The notes beneath the pieces are model-generated. The model had not been told where the DNA came from. It worked only from the letters and a program-made list of their open reading frames with translations, and did not search any database. Below, piece by piece: positions 12,239 through 25,322 of a stretch of DNA of 64,000 bases. Every line of letters starts with the position of its first letter. Position 1 is the stretch's first letter. The stretch is from Squalus acanthias. Taxonomy: Eukaryota. The translations under genes and the position numbers were made by a program. The DNA lies in NCBI GenBank assembly GCA_030390025.1, contig CM059431.1:128838001-128902000 (forward strand), in the 5' to 3' direction.

Positions 12239-12879
12239 AGTGAAGGAATACGAATCGGCAAAGCATATATAGACAGAGAACAATGCATGTGTAGCGTACA
12301 ATGTCAGACGACTACATTTAATCCTTCTGACTGCCTTTCGTCACACCTCGGCAGAGAAACAATCAGGTCAGCCAGGAAGGCACCACATCAAAGACATAGC
12401 AAGATACAACTGAGACAATGAGGTGGGGTCACAGGGGGTCTAATATGTCAAATGCTGCAGTCTGTATGGAAAACCATAAACTTTAAATTTTTACTTTTTT
12501 TTTACTGGAAATCACATCTGTGAACAAGCCAACGATGACTCGAGTCTGGATGACTCTACGTCATGTAGCGTGACATGAACCCAAGATCCCGGTTGAGGCC
12601 GTCCTCATGAGTGCGGAACTTGGCTATCAGTTTCTGCTCGATGATTTTGCGTTGTCGTGTGTCTCGAAGGCCGCCTTGGAGAATGCTTACCCGCAGATCC
12701 GAGGCTGAATGTCCTTGACTGTTGAAGTGTTCCCCGACTGGGAGGTAACAATCCTGCCTGGCGATTGTTGCGCGGTGTCCGTTCATACGTTGTCTCAGTG
12801 TCTGCATGGTCTCGCCGATGTACCATGCTCTGGTGCATCCTTTCCTGAAACGTATGAGGTAGACAACGTTGGCCGAGTC

Positions 12880-14334
12880 CCCCAGCTTCTGCTGCGACAC
12901 CACAGACTTCTTACAGAAACTCAGCACCCACGGACCAGTTGAACCAGGAACACTCCTCGCCACGATGGACATATCGGCACTCTACACCAGTATCCCCCAC
13001 GATGACGGCATCGCTGCGACAGCCTCAGTACTCAACACCAACAACAGCCAATCTCCAGACGCCATCCTACAACTCATCCGCTTCATCCTTGACCACAATG
13101 TCTTCACCTTCGACAACCATTTTTTTACCCAAACACACGGAACAGCCATGGGGACCAAATTCGCACCCCAATACGCCAACATCTTCATGCACAAGTTCGA
13201 GCAAGACTTCTTCGCTGCACAGGACCTCCAGCCAACGCTGTACACCAGATACATCGACGACATTTTCTTCCTTTGGACCCACGGCGAAGGATCACTGAAA
13301 AGACTACACGATAACATCAACAAGTTCCATCCCACCATCAAACTCACCATGGACTGCTCCTTAGAATTGGTTTCATTCCTGGACACACGAATCTCCATCA
13401 AAGACGGACACCTCAGCACTTCACTCTACCGCAAGCCCACGGACAACCTCACGATGCTCCACTTCTCCAGCTTCCACCCTAACCACGTTAAAGAAGCCAT
13501 CCCCTATGGACAAGCCCTGCAAATACACAGGATCTGCTCAGACGAGGAGGAACGCGATGGACACCTACGGACACTGAAAGACGCCCTCGTAAGAACGGGA
13601 TATGACGCTCGACTCATCGATCGACAGTTCCGACGGGCCACAGCGAAAAATCGCATAGACCTCCTCAGAAGGCGAACACAGGACACAACCAACAGGGTAC
13701 CCTACGTCGTTCAGTACTTCCCCGGAGCGGAGAAACTACGCCATGTTCTTCGCAGCCTTCAACATGTCATCGATGACGACGAACACCTCGCTAAGGCCAT
13801 CCCCACGCCTCCACTACTCACCTTCAAACAGCCGCCTAACCTCAAAATTACCATCGTTTGCAGCAAATTACCCAGCTTTCAGGATAACAGCGACCACGTC
13901 ACCACACAACCCTGCCACGGCAACCTCTGCAAGACATGCCAGATCATCAACACAGATACCATCATCACATGTGAGGACACTACCCACCAGGTACATGGTA
14001 CATACTCATGTGACTCGGCCAATGTTGTCTACCTCATACGTTGCAGGAAAGGATGCACCAGAGCATGGTACATCAGCGAGACCATGCAGACACTGAGACA
14101 ACGTATGAACGGACACTGCGCAACAATCGCCAGGCAGGATTGTTACCTCCCAGTCAGGGAACACTTCAGCAGTCAAGGACATTCAGCTTCGGATCTGCGG
14201 GTAAGCGTTCTCCAAGGCGGCCTTTGAGACACACGACAATGCAAAATCATCGGGCAGAAACTGATAGCCAAGTTCCGCACTCATGAGGACAGCCTCAACC
14301 GGGATCTTGGGTTCATGTCACGCTACATGACGTA
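12880..14334 (+). pseudogene. Penelope RT plus GIY-YIG endonuclease ORF, 5'-truncated, premature stop at 14225-14227
   Basis: TMDISALYTSIP, QTHGTAMG and YTRYIDD motifs; CHGNLCKTC; VVYLIRC..WYISET..RMNGH. Confidence 0.93.
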
Positions 14335-14642
14335 GAGTCATCCAGACTCGAGTCGTCGTTGGCTTGCTCACAGATGTGATTTCCAGTAAAGAAAAGTAAA
14401 AATTTTTATGTTTATGGTTTTCCATACAGACTGCAGCATTTGACACATTAGACCCCACCTCATTGTCTCAGTTGTATTTTGCTATGTCTTTAATGTGGTG
14501 CCTTCCTGGCTGACCTGACTGTTTCTCTGCCAAGGTGTGACGAAAGGCAGTCAGAAGGATTAAATGTAGTCGTCTGACATTGTACGCTACACATGCATTG
14601 TTCTCTGTCTATATATGCTTTGCCGATTCGTACTCCTTCACG

Positions 14643-14680
14643 TCACCTGACGAAGGGGCAGCAGCTCCGAAAGCTCGTGA
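14643..14680 (+). ncRNA. Minimal type I hammerhead ribozyme motif
   Basis: UCAC-CUGACGA-A-GGGGC(AGCA)GCUCC-GAAA-GCUC-GUGA; predicted cleavage after 14676. Confidence 0.8.
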
Positions 14681-17031
14681 TTTCAAATAAAACTGTTGGA
14701 CTATAACCTGGTGTTGTGCGACTTCTCACTTTTGTCCATCCCAGTCCAACACCGGCATCTCCGCATCATGGCCACTTTAATGATGAACAGAGAGAATGGT
14801 TTGATCAGTCACCATTAGTGGCAAAAGAAACCGTAGAAGCCGTTTCAATAATATTGAGAAAGAAATTTGCTACATACCGCAATAGCACCACAGCAATAAG
14901 AGCAGCTTATGCAATGTCATGCTAACCTGTGAACACCCGAGGGATTATTTTAATAGATTTAAATGTGTGTATTTTGAGGGAGAAGACCACCCCAATGTCG
15001 AGGAAAGGCAATTTAAGGATCTATATTTTCACTCCCTGCCATTTAGAACTAAAAGTGTACTTACTCGGGATGTAGAAAGGTGTGAACCAAACATTGAATG
15101 GATGATTTCAGAAGTTGAAATTCTTTATGATTCTGCTCAAAAGGTAAGAGATGTAAGAAAAGAGAAATTCAAATCTGGGGTAAAAGTGAGTGATATTAAT
15201 ATACAACCTCCTTTGAAATGAAAGGCGGAGAATTAAACCCTCAAACTCCAAGAAATAGGAAACAGTATCCAGACAATAGACAAGTCACTCCAGTCAAACC
15301 AACAATATGGGCAGTCTGGGAGCTAATATTGGAGAAACAAAAATTATACCAGACAGGGGTATTACCAATATGGATAGAGTTCTAGTCAGCAAAGGAGCCC
15401 AGATTTTACAGAAAGCCATATAGAGGACAGCAAAATAATTTTAATGAGCAGGATCTAGAAACTACAATAGAAAAGAATATGGAAAATCTGTTTCAAAGGT
15501 TCTTAAATCAATTTCAGTCTAACCAGGTGGCTATGGATGCCAATCAAGATAAAGGTTTAGACTTGACAGGATTAAAGAAACATAAGTTTTTCCTCAGGAA
15601 GCGTATTCCAAAAGGCGACAGGTATTGCGTAAAAACTGATTTACATGAAAGATATAGCTTTAATAGACACAACTTCAGAAGTAACTTTAATTACAAGGAA
15701 CATGTTTGATAAATTGGTCAAGGCTATTGATCAAAAGAGAAATCTTAGAATCCTTCCTTGTGAACTGGATGTGATAGATTATGGAGGGACTTCCCAAAAG
15801 CCACATGGGAAATTTTGGATTAAAGTTAAAATAGGGAACGTGTCTGTTCCTCACCGTGTGTATGTCACAGGTAAGTGTGGAGATGAATTCTTGATAGGCA
15901 ATGATTTGCTACAAAGACTCTCCCCAGTAATGGATTATTTCCATGAAGTCCTGTGGTGTCAAGTGCCGTATGGGAAATATCTCCAAGATCATGAGAAAAC
16001 AATAGAAGATCATGAGAAAAATGAACAAACCTGTTTTATTGAACGAGAAGATTCAATGTTGAAATTATTCACTTCATAGAATCTACTGTGCTAGTGCTAG
16101 GAGAATCAGAAAAGTTAGAAAATTGGAGAGATGGAATTAATTTTGTTCCTATATCAAAGGAAAGAGTTGGTAAGAATGAGGTGGAATCCAAAGGGTTAAA
16201 GATTTTGACTTCAGAAGCAAGTGCTTCTAGTTGTTTAAAAGGACAGGAATCAGTAAACAATGACTGTGAGCTACTGTTAAGTGGCCTAATTCAAGTAGAA
16301 TCCTGCTGAAAGGAGGTGGGTCAAATGCAGTCAGTGATTGCTATTGTCTCTGTGCATGGTTTGAGTGCCCAAGAAAATGAGAATTTTAAAGAAGAGAATG
16401 TGCAGCAGGATGGAAAGTTAATCCTTTCATAGCAGACCAGGGCTGTGAACGAATTGCATAAAAGACCCTAAATTAGATACATGAAGAGTAGGAAAAGGGT
16501 TAGACAGTAAAGAAAGAAGTTAAAAACCCACCGCAAATATAAGAAATTAAAGTTGTTGGACAAAAAGGAAAAAGACTGCATTCCAAAGGTACCTTTTTTT
16601 AGACTATAGTAAGGTCAGGGATCTGTATCTTGCATGTTCAAATTGGAGATAAAAAAAAAGATGCATTACTTAAGTAGACAGAGGGGCTAAATTATCCAAT
16701 TAAAATTGGATCGGATTGCCTGATAAGAATGGGATCCGATGAAAATGTGATTAATCGTGCCCTGTGATCTCGATTGCAAAATAAACCAAAGTCTTTTAAA
16801 GGAACAATGGAGTCTTTGAAAGCAGGACACACTATACCAGCATGTCAGGTAGTTAACGATTTACAGTAGCCGTACCAGGTGGTGTAAAAGATTTCTCTCT
16901 TCGAGTTAACAAAAGAATTACAAGGTCAGGATCTGTTTGATTGAGTGACCTTCTTTAAACCCAATACACAATTTATTGATGTAGGTTTAGAAATTTGAAA
17001 CCCCTTGGTTAGATGTGAATAAAGATTTCAC

Positions 17032-17861
17032 GGGGGAAAAATTGGGTATCGTCCATTTTGGGGCGCTAATATCGGCCGGGCGCAAAGTTTAGCGCCCGGC
17101 TCTAATTATCGCCTCCGACTGCAAAATTCGCCTCTATCGCCCCTGGAGGTGATTTGAGCGCTAAATCAGATGCTACACACCTCTCTTAAGGCGCAAATGT
17201 CAGGGAGCGAGACGCTACCTCAGAACGCTATCGAAGCTCAGGCGATGTCAGTTACCATGGAAGCCAGGCAGACTGGCGCCATCCAGCTTTTAAAGGGGAG
17301 GGGCCATCTTGCTGGCCAGCCACACCCTGCTCATTGCAGCCTTGAATCTCGGCCTGGAGAGACCTCTAAAGCAATTGTGTTGGAAGCACTAATGGATAGG
17401 CCCAGGGAAAGAGCTCGGCGCTTAGGAACCTCAAAAATGGTGCTGAGGGCCAAAACTCCTTAGGACAGCATTAAATCTTTCCAGACGTCTCTCTCCCTCT
17501 CAACCTGCGTTTACCAAAAATTTTGCCGACAAGAAAAGGCAGGATGCGCCCGCCTTTAAATAGCGCTCCCCCAGCCCCTTCCCGACTTGAAAACGTTCCC
17601 CTCTACCTGTCGTTCCTAGTGGCAGGCGCTAAGGCAGGGGGCGCGACTCAATATCCGGTCCGGGGCGCTACCGGGGCGTTGCACGCTCGACTGACATCAC
17701 GATCTGCGGGCGCAGGAGATCGTGGCGGTAGTGTTTAGCGCCACCGCAAAATGACGGGTCAATTTCGCGAGCAGTGCTAAAATCGCCGCGCTTAGGCGCT
17801 AAGTTCCTAGCGCCCCCTGGAGGCGCTAACAGGAGGCGCTAACCAACTGAATTTTTCCCCC
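17032..17861 (+). mobile_element. Harbinger non-autonomous element, family A
   Basis: TIRs GGGGGAAAAATT / AATTTTTCCCCC, TSD CAC. Confidence 0.92.
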
Positions 17862-19025
17862 CACATTTATTGATTTAAAATAATAACCCCAAAGCTATTC
17901 CAGAGAAGACACTGAAATTGGAGTGTTAATAGAAGAAGAATTTTGTTATTTAAAACTAGCTGTACTAGTTATGGAAATTGCCAGAAAGCTTAACTGGAGG
18001 GGTCAATTTCATAGAGTACAAACCAGCCGTAAAGGTTTAATCGCAATTCAATTGATCTGGCCTTATGATGTGGATCATGCTTGCCAATGTAAAACAGATC
18101 CTATTTAGTTAATTCTGTTTGAAGGAATGCTAAAGAAAGACCAATCAGACAGCAATCAATATTGTAAACTCGGTTACTGTGGAAGATTTTTAAAAAGAAA
18201 TTAAGGAACAGTTGAAATAGGGGACAAAGATTCTTCTAAATTTGAGTAAATGGCAACAACAAATTGAAGCTGCTGATGCTTTAGAATCAGATTCCCAAAA
18301 GGGAACAATTAACGTAAGTGTTTTAGGAGTTTAAGGATCTTTTTGTCAAAGATGCACATGATTGTGATGAAACTGATCTGCATGTGAATAAAATAACTAC
18401 AGATCTTAATTAAAAAAATCAAAGTTTGTGCGACAGTAGAGGATACCCATAACAGCTTACAAATTTGTATATGAAATGTTACATACACTGACGAAGAAAG
18501 AAATGCCAAGTTTATTGAACAGTTATTTAAAAGAAGGACAAGGAATATGTTCCTGTCTTTACAAAATTGAAAAGAGAAAATGAGGAACAAAAAAAATGCT
18601 ATTTAATTTGAACAAAGGACAGTGAGCTTCAACAGCAGCTGCTCTTGAGTTCATTACCCGGAGGCCCAGTTTGTTGCATACAACAGCTTCAGTGAACCAA
18701 AAGGAACTGACCACACTTCTTCAGATACTAAGGAAAGATGTGGTTCAAAAGGCTGCAGAGGACTTTCATATACTGTGCACCAAGAATAACCAGATCCTGC
18801 ATACAAACCAACTCAAACCATATCATCCTCAAGGAAAAATCCAGGCTACTGGAACAGATGAGAAAGAGTGAACTGTGATCTGGTGTTATGATTTTGTATA
18901 ATTTTGATGTTGGACATTGGTGGAATATACCCCTGTGTCAATTGTAACTTTTCCTTCACGACCTTAATGCATAACCTACTATTGTAACCTGTTAGCGTTT
19001 GATGCAAAGATAAACCTGGGGGGGA

Positions 19026-19915
19026 TGAGCACTGAAAATTCATCTGATGAAATGAAAGCCTGATACCAGCATGTCTGAAGAAAAAGGACTCTTAAAAGGA
19101 CACCACAGCAGAGGATCGATCACCATAGCAACAAGAATGAGTCCAGGCTGGCTGGAGGTCATGTTGAATAACCGCATACTTTACATTGTGGACACTGGGA
19201 GAAAACAAGTGTGTCAATCAATCGTGGGCTGTAATTGGTGGAACCTATTGTTGACAGGCCACTGCCCCAGAAATGTGGTTCTATGTTAAAAAGGCCTTTT
19301 GAAAGCTAGGCAGAAGTTAATACGAGTGGAAAGAGACACCGCTACACCCAATGTTCCCCCTAATTTTTTTTCGGTGCACAGCCCCATTAAGGAAAGATGT
19401 GGTTCAAAAGGCTACAGCGGCAGCGCCACCTCACTAGTATCTTTCTGACTGCTTGCTACCTCACAGCTTCATGCCTATGCAGGCTGACAGATTGCCTGTG
19501 AAGCAGATAACCTGGCTACAAGAGAAAGCCATCCTACACTACGACAGTGTCCATCCAAATACTTGGAATCTTCCCGATAAGCTTGAGCCAACCATGAGTA
19601 TATAACTTTCGTTATGGGGTTAGTCCAAGATAGACATTTGATTTCGAAAAGGTTATACATTTTGGGAATTCAGAAGATGTTGTATTGATATTAAGGCAAT
19701 TCTAATTCATGCATAAACCCAAGATGTTGTTTAAATTCTAATGTCAATTTTACAGTGTATTAATAATAAATGATTGTTTTCTTTATAAAGCCATGGTTTG
19801 TGCCTGAAGTTTCTTTAGGAAAAAGGGCCCATTAAATTAAAAATTAAATTAAATCACGTGGAGATAAAAAGGCAATTCACCAAATTAAAATGTAAAATCA
19901 CTTTGCACCTATTTG
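19026..19915 (+). repeat. 3' LTR, extreme 3' end diverged or lost
   Basis: Follows GGGGGGGA (PPT); direct repeat of the 5' LTR segments. Confidence 0.85.
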
Positions 19916-20907
19916 CAGATTTAATCTGGCTCTGAATCAGTGTGAATTTGTTTTCTCTTCTGGGTGATGGAATAAAAATCATTACTCTCTGTTGGTTGTA
20001 AGGATCCTGTGTGAAAAGAATTTGGATATCTTTATTGAACATAAACCCAGAACAGGAAACTGTCTCTTATGACAAAATCACCCAGAAAGGTTACCAGATG
20101 GCTGATCTGGGAAACAGGAAGTGTTACAGTGATGCATCGGAGGCTGGAACTAAGGCACATTGTTGACAATGTTTTCTCTAAGCTGCGCGCGTGTGTAGCC
20201 ACGTAGCAATCAAAAGGTACCATACAGGCTGCTCACAAGTATTCCCTCTAAGATACTGGGCAGCAAATTTTAATTTAGAGAGAACATTGATTGTAGGTAT
20301 GGAATGTTGGGAACTTTACTCTATATCTAACTGTGCTATAGCTGATCTGGATATATTTAATGTGGGTAACGGGTGCCTTAGAAGGGTAAGTGTTCAATTT
20401 CCAATATATCAGCTTGGCTCAGATAGTATCAGTCTTAACTCTGGGTTAGAGGTTGCATCTCAGCACCAGGTCTTAAACACATAGGGCCACAAATATCTGG
20501 GAAGTCGCGTCATTAGAATGATGCATTAATGTTTCTCACCATTATTAATTCGTTAAAAAATCCAGCAATTTGTAGAGTAAAAGAGATATGCCGTGAGTTC
20601 CGATTCTCTGCAAATTACTGACGATTTGCGCTGCTCCCTGAATAGCCTCACCGAAGCCTGATAAAAGCTTGTTCTTGCTGTGAGGCTTTCCATTGAACTT
20701 AATGGCGATCGTTAAATTGGTGAATTTCCGATATTATTACGGATTATTCCTGCTATGGCCATTTAAGGCTGGTAATTAATGTCATAGAGGAGCCTGTTAA
20801 TGACATGTTTATAGTTTTCACATGGCAATTTTGGAGACCCAGATAGGGACCATTGAAGCTGTAGAGTCTCACTCCAGCAGGTAGGGAATTGTCATTCAAG
20901 CTTTTAA

Positions 20908-22899
20908 AGCTGTTACTATTTCTTAATCTAACTGGTTTGAGTCAACAATTGTTTGTGGGAAAAAGCTGAACCTGTGTACATCTTTCTTGACCAGGCATCT
21001 CGTTAGTTTCTGGCTATTCCCTCTTGTGGATCTGTAATTCATATCAGATGGTTGTGTCTTCTTGGAGATTATCATGACTACACAGTCTTACCTGAAGGGA
21101 TAATTACTAGTCCAAGCCCGTTTAGGGCTACCCCAGATCAGGCGTATTCCCCAGACATTCACTTTCAACTAAAGTTTGAGGTGGCCGAATCCTAAAGACA
21201 CTTAATTGGGTCTAAAGGTCCAGACTATCTCTCACTAAAGGAAAGGAACAACCTGAAGATGTTACTGTCCTCCAGATAGCACTTTTAATAAGTTTAGCTG
21301 GACAGTAACATTCCAGATATTATGAGGGTCCGGATAACTCCCCCAGAATTCTGCAACTCCTCACCTAAAGAGCATGCAGAGATTGAGTTTGCAAGTTTGA
21401 TACAGAAGTATTATGTGAGACAATTCTAAAAATATATAGATTTATTAAAGAACTGGCATGTAATTACAGTTGGTGATTCAATCACAACATTAACAGTTCC
21501 AAAAACAGAAATCTTACAATTCTATTATCAGAGATCCTTATTCTCAAATCTTAACTTCATTACATTTTTACAGTTCTTAGTCTTTATTCCAGGATATCCA
21601 CCAAAATCAAATACCTTTGATACCCGAGATACAAAGAGGTGTAGACTTACAGAGCCTGCCTCTGAAGCCTGAGAATCGCTTTGCCCCTTTACAGCGAGAC
21701 TATCATCCCATTTGAAAGTTCAATATTTATATCCTTTCTCAGTGGTATTTCCTTGAAGTTTTCTGCTGATGTAAGCTAATTATCTCTAGTCATTTTTATG
21801 CTGTCCCCTGCTATTCTTATAGTCAGTTCAGCTGGTAGCTTTAAGAATCGTGTCTCTACCTTTAGGAGTTCGAAGCTTATCATAAAAACGGTGTGACAGC
21901 AGATGCATCTATTTGATGTCATTCTTACCAAGGTCTACTGTTTGTGTCTTTTTATGACGTGTAAATTAAAAACACCTCAACCGGGTGCACCATTGTGTTC
22001 TTAGTTACCTCAGCTGGTTGCAATACAGAATCGTGTCTCCTGTGTTTCATTTGATGTCATTTTTACGAAGGCATATGTTTCTTAATTTTCTGTGTTTCTT
22101 TCCAAAGTGTAATTTAGGACACCTTAACTGTGTTCTTTCGAAAGCTTCAGACTTCAGGAGCTTCCAACCTCCTGTTTCAATAAGGTTATTGATTCAGTGT
22201 CAACACCTTATCTTATCTCAATAGCCTGAATGCTGTTAACAGCTTTAGATTGTTGAGGCTTTTAGATTTTCAATCCCAGTTTGTCATGTTTTAATAAGGC
22301 CAGAATTATTCATAGAATGGTGTATTTTTCTGAATATGGCTTATTCCTTCACATACCATCCACACTCCTGTTAGTGTCGGAAGGCAATCATTTTCAGGAT
22401 GTAAAGCTGTTTCAACACCCAAAAGAGGGTTACGCATTAAAATGCAAATTAGATAGAATTCTTTCAGAAAATAATATTTTGGGATGAAGTATATAGTAAT
22501 TAGAGACATGACATGTGGTAAGTGCAGCATGCTTGGGACGAAAAAAGTGACTTTGGACCTATGGTTTCCAAAGCTCTAGACCACTGGGGGTTTCCTCATG
22601 TCTTGTCTTACCTTATCTCGGTTGAGTCGACATATGCAGTCTAGCTGTACTCCTCCAACTTTGTAAGGGGTGAGGTCACTGGGCGAGCACAAGTGAAATT
22701 ACTGATTCAAAATCTTCAGTTTATGTTTAAATGTGTCTATTGAGCTAGCTGTTACTATTTCTTAATCTAACTGGTTCCAGTCAACAATTGTTCATGGGAA
22801 AAAGATGAATCTGTGTACATCTTTCTTGACCAGGCATCTTGCTAATTTCTGGCTATTCCCTCTTGTGGATCTGTAATTCATTACAGATGGTTGTGTCTT
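20908..22899. repeat. ~152-bp direct repeat pair (20908-21060, 22748-22899), unclassified
   Basis: AGCTGTTACTATTTCTTAATCTAACTGG...CAGATGGTTGTGTCTT occurs twice, 1840 bp apart. Confidence 0.85.
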
Positions 22900-23257
22900 A
22901 TAGAGTCATGGGGGAGAAATTCAGTATTGCCCCATTTGGGGCGCAATTATCGGCCAGGCGCAAAGTTTAGCGCCTGGCGCAAATTATCACCTCCGACTGC
23001 AAACTTGGCTTCTATCGCCCCTGGAGGTGATTGGAGCGCTAAATCAGGCGCTTCACACCTGTCTTAAGGCACAAAGGCCGAGGAGCGAGATGCTAACTCA
23101 GAGCGCGGGCGAAGCTCAGGTGATGGAACACAGACACACTGGCGCCAGCCAGTTCTTAAAGGGGAGGGTCAATCTTGCTCTCCAGCCACACCCTGCTCAT
23201 TGCAGCCTTGAATCTCAGCCTGGACAAACCTGTACATCAATTCTGCTGCAAAGGACT

Positions 23258-25010
23258 ATGGAGAGGGCCAGGGAATGAGCTCCGCGCTTCAGCGACTGGG
23301 CCTTGGTGGCTCTGGTTGGCGAAGTGGAGCGCCGAAGAGCAATACTGTACCCAGAGAGTGGCAGGAGGCCATTGCCACGCGACTACAGAAGAGTCTGGAG
23401 GGAGGTGGCTCAACACGTCTCCTCCAGGAGCATGGTGCCCAGGACCCATAGACAATGTCGGAAAAAGTTCAACGACCTCACTCGGGTGGTCAGGGTGAGT
23501 GGCTGCTTTTCAATACCTCTCCATCCCTCCATCTCAACCTCACTCTATGGCCAGAGGGTGTAAAACCCCCAATGCCCAACACTCATCCAAGACCTATGGC
23601 CATCTCATAAAACACACACCCACATTCCACACCTTGCATATATTAAGGGCTGTTCAATTATGGGAGGCATTTCAGGCAAGCACATGGCTGCTTATTTACT
23701 CAGACGCCATCCTTTTTCTTGCAGGCCAAGCTATCTCACAACAGGCGGCAGCAGCAACGGACAGGTGGAGGGCCGGCTCAGCTGCAAACCCTCAGCGCGA
23801 CCACAGGATCGTCGCAAGCCAGGTGATCGGTCCCGTCACCGCTGGAGAGGTCGACCCCGTTCGGGACAGCAATGGTAAGGTCATCAGCTTTCTCTCCTCT
23901 CTCATTCCACTTGTCCCACACAACACCTGCCTTTTACACTTTCAATCCAACTTACTAAATCGCTCCAGTCCTTGCTCCCTTACTGCCCCCCTGTCCTCAT
24001 GCTAAAGCCACTCTTGCACCTCCCTGCTTTCAGATGGTGATTAACCAGTTGAGGAGACGGGCCCTCAAGCAGCCAGTGGGAGTGACGCTGCAGACGAGGA
24101 GGAAGAGGAAGCCGGAGCCTCAGCGCCAGCGTCTCCCGAGGAAGCCCATGCCCACACTGGGACCACGTCTTCCCTGGAGGGGAGCAGAGGGTACGGGTCT
24201 GATGAGGGTGAAGCTCCGGGACCCAGCGGGCTGCAGCAATGCCATGGGGGTAGGGAAGCTCGGGGGCCTTCTCCCCGGAGGGAGAGTATGCCAGAGAGTC
24301 CTGCTGCACTGGACGCAGAGGAGGAGCGGCTCATCGCGGAAATGAACACCCAGGCGGTGAACATGCACACTGAGCTCATGGGTGCAATGGGAAGAGTGCT
24401 CGAAAGCATTGATGCACTGGCAAGGAGTGTGGAGCACTTCGCTGCAGCACAGGCGGATGCAACGCAACTGCTTAGTGCTACAATTCAGTCACTGGCTGCT
24501 GTGATCCAATCTCAGACGGCTCTCATGCAGTCTCAGATTGAGGCAACGCATGCACTGACTGCTGCCATCGTCGCTGGTTCAGCCACATTGCCCCGGGGCT
24601 CTCACGGCGCCTCAGCAGGCCAGCAATCTCTGCTCCAGCAGATTGCTCCGGATGCTGAGGTGCTGCCCTGTGGGAGTGCCAGTGTGTTGGTCAAGCAGGG
24701 AGGTGCTGTCCTCTCGCAGGATGACAGCATTCCTGCTCCCACCACTGTCACTTCCCCATTGCACTTGCAATCGCCTGTAGTCCAGACTGCTGCCGCCCAT
24801 GCAGAGTTGGTGCAGTCTGCAGCCGGGGCCTCCAGACCCAGAGCTGGTCAAGGGCGTCCTTCGAGGGCATCTGTAGTCTCAGGATCTGACATTCAGCAAC
24901 CTTCCACCAGCCTTGCTGCAGCCACTGGGGCCCCATTACAGAGGAGCAGTAGGGTGGGAAGGGGGGAAGTGCGCAAGGGATGGAGATCACCCTCGAAGGG
25001 CAAAAAGTAG
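23258..25010 (+). pseudogene. Harbinger Myb/SANT DNA-binding gene; exons 23258-23494, 23725-23874, 24034-25010; stops and a frameshift
   Basis: APRFSD..WREVA..RTHRQCRKKFNDL; GT-AG junctions; RTGGGP in exon 2; AATAAA at 25161. Confidence 0.85.
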
Positions 25011-25322
25011 GAGGTCTCAAGAAATGTTGGGAATGTTTTTATTAAAGGCCAAGGTTCGTCTGATAACTTTTGTTTAGTGTTTTCGCCATTATCTCCAGGT
25101 TGTGAGAACCAGTTATGTTAATTAATGATTTGTTGTGTTTGTTTCTATTAGTTTGTCATGAATAAATGACACACACAGAGTTTGTAAAATAAAAAAGTTG
25201 TTGTAATCAAAATGTACATGTTTGGCCTTTGGAATCATTGCTGCCTTGGCTGGCTATAGGGGTTGTGGGTTGCTTTCCATCATGTTGTTCTCCATGCCAG
25301 AAGCCATCTTCTGAGTAGGGGC

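Larger units (their letters stand above)
11270..14774 (+). mobile_element. Penelope-like element (family 1) with inverted 3' duplication
   Basis: 11270-11304 plus 12186-12879 is the reverse complement of ~14012-14731; 13-bp TSD CTTTAATGATGAA (11257-11269, 14775-14787). Confidence 0.92.
9236..16079 (+). pseudogene. Gypsy gag-protease remnant, interrupted by CR1 and Penelope
   Basis: ..IEEHISRVKRALNVLKINSESEQ (to ~9380) resumes as FNDEQREWF (14776) and EHPRDYFNRFK; protease ALIDTTSEVTLI..FLIGNDLL at 15645-15960. Confidence 0.75.
4775..19915 (+). mobile_element. Decayed Gypsy/Ty3 LTR retrotransposon, internally deleted, with multiple nested insertions
   Basis: Two diverged direct LTR copies, PBS, G-rich PPT at 19018-19025, gag-like and protease-like peptides, integrase C-terminal HTNQLKPY. 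Confidence 0.85.
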
